A program made the position numbers and the translations under genes. From Macrostomum lignano (Eukaryota), in assembly GCA_002269645.1 (NCBI GenBank), contig NIVC01003966.1, positions 3,351-67,350 of the forward strand: a stretch of DNA of 64,000 bases. Reading direction: 5' to 3'. The notes beneath the pieces were generated by a model, which had not been told where the DNA came from, made no database searches, and saw only the letters and a list, made by a program, of their open reading frames with translations. Of this stretch, positions 37,373 through 49,465 are shown one piece after another (the first letter of the stretch is position 1; every line of letters starts with the position of its first letter).

Positions 37373-37890
37373 CGAGATGTAGATCTGGAGTGACGAGATG
37401 TGTAGATCTGGAGTGACGAGATGTGTAGAACTGGAGTGACGAGATGTGTAGATCTGAAGTGACGAGATGTGTAGATCTGGAGTGACGAGATGTGTAGAAC
37501 TGGAGTGACGAGATGTGTAGATCTGAAGTGACGAGATGTGTAGATCTGAAGTGACGAGATATGTAGAACTGAAGTGACGAGATGTGTAGATCTGAAGTGA
37601 CGAGATGTGTAGAACTGAAGTGACGAGATGTGTAGATCTGAAGTGACGAGATGTGTAGATCTGAAGTGATGAGATGTGTAGAACTGGAGTGACGAGATGT
37701 GTAGATCTGAAGTGACGAGATGTGTAGATCTGAAGTGACGAGATATGTAGAACTGAAGTGACGAGATGTGTAGATCTGAAGTGACGAGATGTGTAGAACT
37801 GAAGTGACGAGATGTGTAGATCTGAAGTGACGAGATGTGTAGAACTGGAGTGACGAGATGTAGATCTGGAGTGACGAGATACACTAGTAG
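37367..37890. repeat. 23-bp minisatellite starting at the FBXO21 stop codon
   Basis: Unit GAGTGACGAGATGTGTAGATCTG (or GAAGTGACG..); the first GAGTGA is the terminal Glu-stop. Confidence 0.93.
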
Positions 37891-38813
37891 ATCTAGAGTG
37901 ACCAGAATCCAGATATGGAGCTGGAGTGAATAGATTGACTAGAGTGACTAAATGGAGCTGGAGTGACCAGATGTGGAGCCGGCAACTTGAACTCATACAA
38001 CACTCATATAGAGCTGTAACTCACTGTGAATTAGTTTTCTCAGCTAAAGTTTTTCCATCAAATAGTTTTTGCCACTAAACCCATCAATTATGAGTTGGTG
38101 TGTTTTATCGGGCTCAAGTCATTGCAATATTCATATCCGTGTAATCTAAACTTCGCTAAACTTAGCTGCAAATATTCATTCAATGCCCATATCTGTGAAT
38201 GTATGATTAAACTAGAATATATTGTCATTAAAGATTTTAACCTTTTCATTCAAGTGCAAATTTAAGCCTTTTGTCACTTAGAGAAATTGTTTTTTTTCTT
38301 ATTCAAGTAGGACAGATTCCCAGATTCCATAAAGTTCCAATTTGAATTTGTGTACCTACATGTATTTAATAAGCATAAAATCAGTGAGTAAGTATTCATC
38401 TTAAGCAGATGATGTGTAAGTTTTTAATAGCTGAAATTCTACAAATACCACTAAAATTAGTAAGGCTTGCGTTTTCCCAAAGAATTGATTCGGGAACTCT
38501 AAGGATGCATGATCAAAAAGCAGCAAAGTTCTGGTCTCACCGAGTTATTTGCATTTATTCTCTGGAAAAATCTGGTCAATTTTGTATCTGAGGGCAACTG
38601 GGTCTGAGTGTATTATGGGTCGTTGAAATGCTGGTTTATGTACATTCATATCGGTACTTATACCCATTGTGAAAGAGTGGTTGAGGGTTTGTGCCACACA
38701 AATTTATAATCAAGTTTGAATTTGTTTACAAAGCGTCATTTACCCCCTCGTAAAACAAATTCTTAGCGCATTAATTAAAATTACGATCATTAATTAACTG
38801 GTGCTGTCGATAA

Positions 38814-40758
38814 TTAATCATTTCGGACCACCAGGTACTTCAGGTCAAAGCCGAGATCTTCAGTCGAGGTCTCCTTGTCCCAGCCTCGAACTGGGATCTT
38901 AATCCTGGCGACTGGCCTCACTGGAAGTTTGTAGGCTCGGGGATATTGGCACCAACGAATCAACAGGAACTTCAGTCACCAACACATCAACAAGAACTTC
39001 TTCAGTCACCAACACATCAACAAGAACTTCTCCAGTCAGCAACACATCAACAAGAACTTCTTCAGTCAGCAACACATCAAGAAGAACTTCTTCAGTCAGC
39101 AACACATCAACAAGAACTTCTTCAGTCACCAACACATCAACAAGAACTTCTTCAGTCACCAATACATCAACAAGAACTTCTTCAGTCAGCAACACATCAA
39201 CAAGAACTTCTTCAGTCACCAACACATCAACAAGAACTTCTTCAGTCACCAATACATCAACAAGAACTTCTTCAGTCAGCAACACATCAACAAGAACTTC
39301 TTCAGTCACCAACACATCAACAAGAACTTCTTCAGTCACCAACACATAAAAAAAACTTCTTCAGTCACCAAAACATCAACAAGAACTTCTTCAGTCACCA
39401 ACACATCAACAAGAATTTCTTCAGTCACCATCTCATATGCAAGGAAACTGAAGTAGAAAGACGCAACACTCGAAACCTATGGTAAATGTTTTGAAGGCAA
39501 CTTTTCGCCGAAAAATACACTACTGAGATAGAAAGTTTTAATTTTTTCAGCACAAAAATTGCTATTGCTCTTGATAAGAGGCAGATCCAGTGTTCATCTT
39601 TTGATATGTTGTGCCTTTCTTATTGCTCTATCGATATTCATAAATCTTTTCGTTCGGAAATAGTTTTAAAGGCAGGTTTCACCGGAAAAATACACTACGG
39701 AGATAGGAAATTTCACGATTTTCAACACTAAAACAGTGATTGGGTCTCTTAACAGTGTCAGAGAAAGTCCTAATCACACTATTTTGTGCCTCACATGCTG
39801 CTCTAACGACGCATTAATCGATTTTTCATGTTAAATTGTGTCTGTCACTTGAAAAAAACTTTTAAAATAATGACAAGAACAACACTGGATCTGCCTCCTA
39901 TCAAAAGCAATAACAATTTTTGTGCTGAAAAAATGAAAACCTCCTATCTCTGTAGTGTATTTTTCGGCGAAAAGTTCCCTTCAAAACATTTACCATAGAT
40001 TTCGAGTGTAGCTTCCTATATATATGTTACTTGAGTAGTCCTTGCTCATATGCTACTCTTTCACCAACCATAAGGCTGTATCATGAGCGCCTCTTCGATG
40101 AGTTTGGCCCTGACCAGCTCGGTGTACAACACCTTGATGCTGCCCCGGCGGCAGCTCCAGTCCTGCAGGAGGCTTCGCGAGAACGACAGGCCGTGACGTT
40201 CGAACTGGCGAAACTGCGACCTCTCGTAGCCGAGAGCTCGGGCTGGTTGGGGGTGTTGGAGTTTTTGTTTGGCATTTTCATGGTGTCGGTAAATTGCCTA
40301 TTTTCACGGGTAGATATTTACATAGGGTAGAGTGCAGCGGAGAGCTTAGAGGACGGATTCTTTAATGGGGGAGATGGATAAGTACATGTAGATGGGGGTA
40401 GATGGATAAGTAGATGGGTAGATAGATAAGTAGATGGAGTAGATGAATGAGTAGATGGGTACATGGATGAGTAGATGAGGTATATGATTAGTAATACAAT
40501 AGTTAGAGTAGATGGATGTGTAGATAGAAAGAGGAAGTAGATAAAATAGATGGATTTTATGTACATAGGTGTAAATAGATGCATAAAAAGGTACACTTTA
40601 GTCCAGCAAGAACTTATCTACTCACAAAGTTTGTCCTTTTTATCCTCGAAATCCAAGGATTTGCACAGTTTGTTCATCAGATTCAGCGGTATCTCGTGAA
40701 TCTGCTCCGGGTAGGGGTTGCCATACAGGCTCATGTTCCGATAGGTTTCTGTCGACAT
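38814..40758 (-). CDS. Death-domain-only protein, about 137 aa (IRAK/Pelle/Tube/MyD88-type DD), 3 coding exons
   Basis: Exons 40758-40626 (donor GTGAGT), 40242-40069 and 38920-38814 join in phase 1/1 to give MSTETYRNMSLYGNPYPEQIHEIPLNLMNKLCKSLDFEDKKDKLSRALGYERSQFRQFERHGLSFSRSLLQDWSCRRGSIKVLYTELVRAKLIEEALMIQPYVRPVARIKIPVRGWDKETSTEDLGFDLKYLVVRND*. LGY..QF..F and LL.DW..R..L...L are typical death-domain helices. The start codon and last exon are less certain. Confidence 0.72.
38965..39430. repeat. 30-bp minisatellite in the last intron of the death-domain gene
   Basis: Unit AGAACTTCTTCAGTCACCAACACATCAACA. Confidence 0.93.
39456..40016. mobile_element. MITE with ~140-bp imperfect terminal inverted repeats
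   Basis: ACACTCGAAACCTATGGTAAATGTTTTGAAGG..TTTTCGCCGAAAAATACACTAC..GAGGCAGATCCAGTGTT at the left is mirrored in reverse complement at 39875-40016; TA at both outer edges; superfamily unclear. Confidence 0.8.
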
Positions 40759-41920
40759 AACCGTCTTGGCTGTCTTGCCAATTAACCAGCAGTAGAAAAA
40801 GTGAGCTAGATTATTTTGGTTGGTATTCTCTTGTACTCTGGAAGCCTTCAAGCTTTCTGCCGCTTAAAACCCGCGTGCACGCGTTAAATACGGTAGAACT
40901 CGTAAAATACCGCAAGGCATTAATTGAACTCGGGGTGTGTCAGCCTCTCTGCCCTGTTTGTAGCTTCCTACCACAGCAACAGAGAGCTGTTTTAATGCTG
41001 GGTTTTTATTCTTCCATTTTTGCTGGTTTTAGTTTGACGTGTCGAGAGCGCGGCTTATGCCAAGGGGTTGGTCAGTGCGACACGCCAAATTGTTTGCGCT
41101 CGCTTACCCTTCTCTTGCCTGCGTCTGTTTGTGTGCCTCTGCACTACTGCATTGGTTTAATTGGATTTAACCCCAAGCTGAAATGTTCTCAACAGTTTTC
41201 GTCTCCAACAATTCGTTGATTCCTTCACCTTGCACTGCACTACAGAGCCTTACAAATTAATAAAGCAGCTCTCGTACTTCAAATATTGACGTCATAAGCG
41301 TCAACAATGTAGTATTATTAGGGCATAGTTTAAGGGGTTAGCTACTGTAGATTAGCTTTTACGCTACTGTTAGTAGCTTTTTGTTTCAGAAGTGTCAGTA
41401 GATCAGGTAGTTTAGTTAAGACGTTGTGGGATTTCCTATAACTAAAGAGCAGTTGAAGCATCTGTCGGGGTCGTTTAAGAAAATTGAACGGAGTTGGCAT
41501 AATAGAATGCTAGCTAGGTTGCACAAGAGGAATCTTGCCTCAAATAAACGGGAGTAGCAGCCCAAGGCACAGGATCTAGGAAATCAGGTGTAAAGAAATC
41601 AATTGATTAATACAGTTATTGTGATACTCGTAAACTCAGAACAACTCTATTTGACATCCAGCCTTCATTCTTTAGTGTATAATCTTGCGTAATAGAATTA
41701 ATGACCAGCCAAGGGGCTTTGGTAGCAGTAAACTACCAATCTCAAACCAACTTTCTTCTAAGAGTGTTAATGCGGTGCGGTCACCCACGGTAATAATAAA
41801 AACGGCCTAGAAAATGATGTGTATGAATATAGTTATTGCACAAATTGTGTACGCTTCTTCAAAGCTTATATTTCAGCATCCGTTGGAAGAAGTATACTCG
41901 TATAAATAGTACGTTAGTAT

Positions 41921-43190
41921 GAACCTAAATTTTCTAGCTAATTGTCTTTTATAAAAATAATTGCCCTTTAAAGCAGCCTTCTCAGCATTAAAGTCTCCAC
42001 CTGTAAGAACTCACTTCTCCCATCGCTTAGTAGAGCGTCTAGTCAATGGCTTCAGAACAGCATTGCCTTGAAAAGACCATGGGAGTGACTGCGCAGGAAA
42101 TTGTCTTCCAAATGACCTGTGCTGGCACAAATTCCCCCTCTCAAATGTTTTTCAACTGTGGTAAAGTAAAGACATCATTTTGCACGAAATCACAAGAATA
42201 ATATGCGAGATTGAATTTATTAGAAAGCAAAAATACGCCACTTCAAAATGACATGAAATTTGCGATAGCAGCTACGAGCTGCTTTCGTTTTTGCTCCGAG
42301 TTAAAAGTGTCAGAACTTTTTGGATTACAGGTACATTCACCCAATGCTTAGGTCCTCTATTTTGCGGAATTTTCTATTGACATTTAATCTCCTACGACGT
42401 ATATGACCTGCAGGTTGTCTTCTACTGCTGTCAACCATGCCTTGTTCACAAATACAACACTTGAAAACGACAAGAAGCTAGGGCGTCGAGATAACGGTAG
42501 TTGTAGTTGTTTTAAACGATAGAAGCACAGGCATAAGGATCAAGTCTCGTTACACTTTGAACCGTCAAACTCTGATATACTCGTATAATTATGTTGCATG
42601 ACAATCTTGACAACCGCCTGTCACAACGCTGCTCCCAGGCGATCATTGCTTCTAAGTTTTCAATAGGTCGAATTCGCTAGTGAGCAAATGTCCACATCAA
42701 AACGGGACAAACAGACATTTTTAGACAAAACGTAAGGACAACTACGAGTACATGGACAATTTTTGTGGACTAATTTTGTCTATGTGTAAATCCAAATTAC
42801 CGGCTATGCGTTCTCTAGAAAAATTGAAATGTCGAGATTTGCAAAACGTTTCGAGCTGGTTTACTTCACAGTCGTGTAGTTAAGGCTGCAGGCATCCATA
42901 CGGTATACCGACTTGGTTTTGCACCCCGGACTCTGAAGCCCAACGGATTGCAACATTGCCATTGTCGTGGCGATGTTGCTGACAATCTTTCTGACTGAAG
43001 TTTCAAATTATAATCTGTTCTACAGATAGCAAATGTGTTGTACAGAAAAGCAAAAAACAACAATAATTAAGTAACCCTATACTAAGCTCTTCGTGAAGTT
43101 CACCGTCTGTATGAAGCTATTTTTAGCAACACAAGCTCAATTCGGTAAACCGAAGTTCTTCGATATATTGACATTGACGAACTTCGTGTA
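41921..43190. repeat. Left copy of a 1,270-bp direct repeat flanking the LINE
   Basis: Matches 48053-49322 at a constant offset of 6132; the only mismatch I found is 42040 T versus 48172 C. Confidence 0.96.
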
Positions 43191-43279
43191 CTTACTTACT
43201 TACTACTGACGGGGGGCGCAGGCGCCGCGAATAGGCCGCGAGGCCCCTATCGCAACCCCAAGGTAAAAGAGCACAAGGA

Positions 43280-46200
43280 TTAGCCTTGGGGGTGCGCCCA
43301 GTCCCCGCCAGTAGTCGGCAGGTCCGCAGTGGAGGCATCGGCGACCCTCATCCGGCCGGAGTCCCGGACGAAGGCGCGGAGGTCTCGGATATTGTCCGCG
43401 GTGGTCAGCTCGTCCATCCGCTGGGGGTGGCCGAGGTATTTGTGCCGCGCCTTGTTGAAGTAAGGGCAGAAGGTGACGTGATGCTCCGCGGTCTCCTCTC
43501 CTATGCCACAGAAGGGGCAGGTGGGAGGGCAACCGGTTTGCAACGATATATGTCTCTGGAAGAATCCGTGGCCGGTTAGGACCATGCACATCTCCCTGAG
43601 GTCGGTTCTGTTAAGCGAAATCAGATAATCAGAGACTTTCCTGTTCAGGTTAGGCATGGCAGAGCGGCTCTGCCTGTACTCGGTGCAGCTGTTCCAGTGG
43701 AGCTGGTGCTGCTGATGGAGCCACCTGTTGATATGGCGGGTGACTTGCGACCTGGGGGTGGGTAGCCTCATCAGACGGTGGTTGCCGTCTGGGTTGCTGC
43801 CCTCCTTGGCGAGAGAGTCTGCGAGCTCGTTGCCCAGGATGTTGCTGTGACCAGGTGTCCAGATAATTCTAATCCTGTTAAGGACTGAGAGAGATTGCAC
43901 ACTGCGGTGGCATTGAGATACTGTAGCAGCGGAGATATTCTCAGTGGTTAAGGCCTTAATAGCAGCTTGGCTATCAGTGTAGAAATTAATGTCAAAATTA
44001 TTAATGTTCGCCTGAAACAGTTGCTGGGCACACTGCTCGATGGCGCAAATTTCAGCTTGGAAAACTGAGGTGTTCTCACCGAGGTGCAGACTTTCCTGGA
44101 GAAGCATCTTACCCTCGTGGAAAATGGCAATACCCGCTCCAGCGCGGCCGTTGAACAGCGAGCCGTCGGTGAAGCAGTGAATGCCCTGGCTGCGCCGGTT
44201 CACACCGACATCCAGCGGAATGTTGTCTCGGCCAGGGATGGCGGTCTTGAAGCCCCTCCTGATGTTGAGGGCGGGAGGTCGACTATCCACATTGCCCAGG
44301 TCCATGTGGATGTTGTTAAGGTCGCGGCGGACAAAGTCCATATGCGGGATTAATGTTTTCATTGGCATAAAGCCAGAGGGCGCGTTATTTAACGTTTTAT
44401 CTCTGATAAGCCGGGAGGCAGACTTCATAGCCTCCGCCCTAATAAATAGGTGAAGCGGAGGTAGGTTAAGGATAGTGTTCAGCCCCTCGTAAGGGGTGGA
44501 CGGGTACGCACCTGTGATGGCACGGCAAATGCTGCCCTGAAGCTGGTACAGCCGCTGACGGGCGGCCTTCTGCTCCAGCACGCTAGTCCAGATGAGACTC
44601 GCGTATGTGATACTGGGCCGGATGATGCCGGTATAAATCCAACGGACCGTTCTAGGCGAGAGGCCCCAAGTCGGCCCGATGGCTCTGCGCAGCTGGGCAA
44701 AGCAGCGTTTTGCCCGACCGATGACGTTATCAAGGTGCTTCGTCCAGCGCAGGTCATGCGTTAGCGTCACACCGAGGTATTTGACCTCCTTCTTGAAGGG
44801 GATGTTTCTGCCATAGACAGTGAGGTTTTTCATCTCCCACTTACGGCGCTTGGTGAAAACGACAGCGACAGTCTTAGTGACGCTGATTTTTAGGCCATGC
44901 TGTGTAGCCCAGTCGGCCGCCTTGTCGGCGAATTGCTGCATCAGGTTGCGCAGAGTGGCGGGGTCGGGTCCGCTGACGACCGCGGCAACGTCATCGGCGT
45001 AGCCCGCCCTGGTGATACTGCTGGGAATGTCAGCGGTTAGAAGTTCGTCCATGACGAGATTCCAGAGAAGTGGAGTTAGCACGCCACCTTGCGGGCCGCC
45101 TTTCATCACCGCCCGGGTGAGGGTAACGCCCATAAGTGTGGATGTCACAAACCTTTTGCGGATCATAAAATAAATCCAGCGAACAATGCTGTGTCTTACA
45201 TTCCTGCGGGAAAGAGAATTTCTGAAGGAGCGGAAGAGGACATTGTCAAATGCTCCTTCGAAGTCAACGAACAACCCGCAAGCGAGTTGTTTGCTAAGGA
45301 TGGCACTCTCAATTTTGGAGGTAATGGCGTGGAGAGCATGCTCAGTCGTCCTCCCAGACTGGAAGGCGTACTGGTACTTACTGACAGGGTCGGAGCGCAG
45401 GTCGCACTCTCGAAGCCTCCACAGGATGAGCCTCTCCATCAGCTTAACACAAAAGGAAGTGAGGCTGATGGGCCGGAAGGATTTCACGTTGGTGTAGTCA
45501 CCCTTAGCAGGTTTCGGGATGAACACGACTCTGGACATTCTCCAGATTGTGGGAATGTAACCTGTGGTATAACAGTCAACAAGCAATTTAGAGAAAGAAT
45601 CAGCAAAGTTTTGCAGCTTTAGCGCCTCCTGCAGGATACAGGGGGCGATATTGTCAGGGCCAGACGATTTATACGGTTTAAAAGAATTTGCTGCCAGCTG
45701 GAGTAGCTGGGGGGTGGCGCACTGCTGGAAAAGCTTGTGATCACAAGGCCTGTGGTCATCGACCACGTACTCCGGTTCGTCAACCTGCGGAAAGCAGGTG
45801 GAGAAAAGAAGATTTAGCGAACCTTCGCACTGGTAGTGTAGTTACCATCCAGGTGCAGAAGGGAGTTACACTGAGCTAGCGTGTCGTGCCTGAGAGTCCT
45901 GACCAGCCGGGCTGTGGGGTGTTGCCCTTCCAGGCCGGCGCAGTAGGCTTTCCAGGTGGTCTTCTTAGCCCTTCGGATAGTACTTTTGTACATCCTCAGA
46001 GCAGAGTGGTAGTTCTCCCAGTCCTCTGGAGTATTCGAGCCGTTTGCGAGGCGTTGCAGTCGGCGGGTGTTTTTCTTCATGCGAGTGAGCTCTTGACTCC
46101 ACCAAGGAGAGTATTTCTTCCTGCAAAACAGCTTAGGGGCGTTAGCGCGTATGGCGGTGTTTAGGATCTCAACGATGGAGTTGCACCGATGCTCAATGCC

Positions 46201-47095
46201 AGGGAGATCCTCGCTGGAGTCCGGTAAGTTGGCTTCGGTCAGGAGTTTTAGCAGGTCTCTTCGAAAACCTGTCCAGTCGGCCTTTTTCAAATTAAGGCGG
46301 TCCCGGTTCTCATGACGGGCTCCGACGGAGCTGATGCTGTACTGAATGTACGAGTGGTCGGAAAGCGATGGGAGGTCATCCCTAACCAGCCAGCTGTGGA
46401 CCTGATTGAGGGCGTTGTTGGAGACGAGAGTGAGGTCGATAACCTCACGCCGATTAGAGACAATAAATGTGGGTTTGCTGCCTCTGTTGCAAATGTGTAA
46501 CGAGGAGGAGTTAATGAAATCAATTAGTAAGTCACCGCGCCTGTTAGTATCGCTACTAGACCAGGCAGTGTTGTGGGCGTTAGCATCGCAGCTAACGATA
46601 AGCTTCCGATCCTGGAGATTACAGAAGTCCGCCAGCTCCTGCAGGAGGGGGGGAGGGACGTCTTCCTGGATGTCCAGGTAAGCGGAAACGAAGGTCAAGT
46701 CAAAGACTGAGAAAGTACACATGTCTTTAGAGCAAAACATTGGCATAATAGTGGCCGGGAGGTCGTTTTTGACGAGGGCGATAGCCTGGGGGTGTCGTTC
46801 GCGCAGAGGTACAGAACCTGATAGCCTGGCGGCAGGCAGGTCGGCTTCCCCTTGCGGGTATACGGTTCCTGAATAAGGTAGATGTCAACTTCCTTGTTGG
46901 CAAAGGTGCCTGAAAGGTTGCTCGATGCTGCAAGGGCGTGGTGCAGGTTGATCTGAATAATGTGCAGGTTAACAGGTTGGTTCGCCGGCGGCGGATTATT
47001 TATTTGGTTGCTGGTGGCAGTGTCATCATTGGGCTGGCCGTTAAGGTTCGCCCTCAGCGCCCCGCTCCTAGTTTGGCACGGGGTTGGGAACGGCA

Positions 47096-47096
<1 letters not shown>
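43280..47096 (-). CDS. LINE ORF2 (APE-RT-RNase H), split by frameshifts near 46786 and 45822
   Basis: Track ORFs 46695..47096, 45814..46746 and 43280..45766 are contiguous after restoring one base at each break; no substitution-derived stops seen. Confidence 0.9.
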
Positions 47097-48018
<922 letters not shown>

Positions 48019-48052
48019 GCAGAGTAGGCTGAAATGGAAAAACTGAAATGTA

Positions 48053-49322
48053 GAACCTAAATTTTCTAGCTAATTGTCTTTTATAAAAATAATTGCCCTT
48101 TAAAGCAGCCTTCTCAGCATTAAAGTCTCCACCTGTAAGAACTCACTTCTCCCATCGCTTAGTAGAGCGTCCAGTCAATGGCTTCAGAACAGCATTGCCT
48201 TGAAAAGACCATGGGAGTGACTGCGCAGGAAATTGTCTTCCAAATGACCTGTGCTGGCACAAATTCCCCCTCTCAAATGTTTTTCAACTGTGGTAAAGTA
48301 AAGACATCATTTTGCACGAAATCACAAGAATAATATGCGAGATTGAATTTATTAGAAAGCAAAAATACGCCACTTCAAAATGACATGAAATTTGCGATAG
48401 CAGCTACGAGCTGCTTTCGTTTTTGCTCCGAGTTAAAAGTGTCAGAACTTTTTGGATTACAGGTACATTCACCCAATGCTTAGGTCCTCTATTTTGCGGA
48501 ATTTTCTATTGACATTTAATCTCCTACGACGTATATGACCTGCAGGTTGTCTTCTACTGCTGTCAACCATGCCTTGTTCACAAATACAACACTTGAAAAC
48601 GACAAGAAGCTAGGGCGTCGAGATAACGGTAGTTGTAGTTGTTTTAAACGATAGAAGCACAGGCATAAGGATCAAGTCTCGTTACACTTTGAACCGTCAA
48701 ACTCTGATATACTCGTATAATTATGTTGCATGACAATCTTGACAACCGCCTGTCACAACGCTGCTCCCAGGCGATCATTGCTTCTAAGTTTTCAATAGGT
48801 CGAATTCGCTAGTGAGCAAATGTCCACATCAAAACGGGACAAACAGACATTTTTAGACAAAACGTAAGGACAACTACGAGTACATGGACAATTTTTGTGG
48901 ACTAATTTTGTCTATGTGTAAATCCAAATTACCGGCTATGCGTTCTCTAGAAAAATTGAAATGTCGAGATTTGCAAAACGTTTCGAGCTGGTTTACTTCA
49001 CAGTCGTGTAGTTAAGGCTGCAGGCATCCATACGGTATACCGACTTGGTTTTGCACCCCGGACTCTGAAGCCCAACGGATTGCAACATTGCCATTGTCGT
49101 GGCGATGTTGCTGACAATCTTTCTGACTGAAGTTTCAAATTATAATCTGTTCTACAGATAGCAAATGTGTTGTACAGAAAAGCAAAAAACAACAATAATT
49201 AAGTAACCCTATACTAAGCTCTTCGTGAAGTTCACCGTCTGTATGAAGCTATTTTTAGCAACACAAGCTCAATTCGGTAAACCGAAGTTCTTCGATATAT
49301 TGACATTGACGAACTTCGTGTA
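48053..49322. repeat. Right copy of the 1,270-bp direct repeat
   Basis: See 41921-43190. Confidence 0.96.
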
Positions 49323-49465
49323 AAACAGCTGTGTATTTAGCAGCAGCTCAGATAGATTTCTGGAAGCTTTACAAATCTTCTATAGCTATATTGAGAGTGT
49401 AAAGCGCATTCAAAGCTTTGGATTAGTTGTTATCTGTAAGGCGCTCTATCGTGATCCTACATATA

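Noticed and set aside
38934-39349. Plus-strand mucin-like exon (RTSSVTNTST)n
   Set aside because: It ends in a stop with no linked exons and lies inside an intron of the minus-strand death-domain gene.
41960-43063. Coding exons within the duplicated 1,270-bp block (including the 65-aa ORF present twice)
   Set aside because: Every candidate frame hits stops quickly and I could not build a phase-consistent model or recognise a domain.
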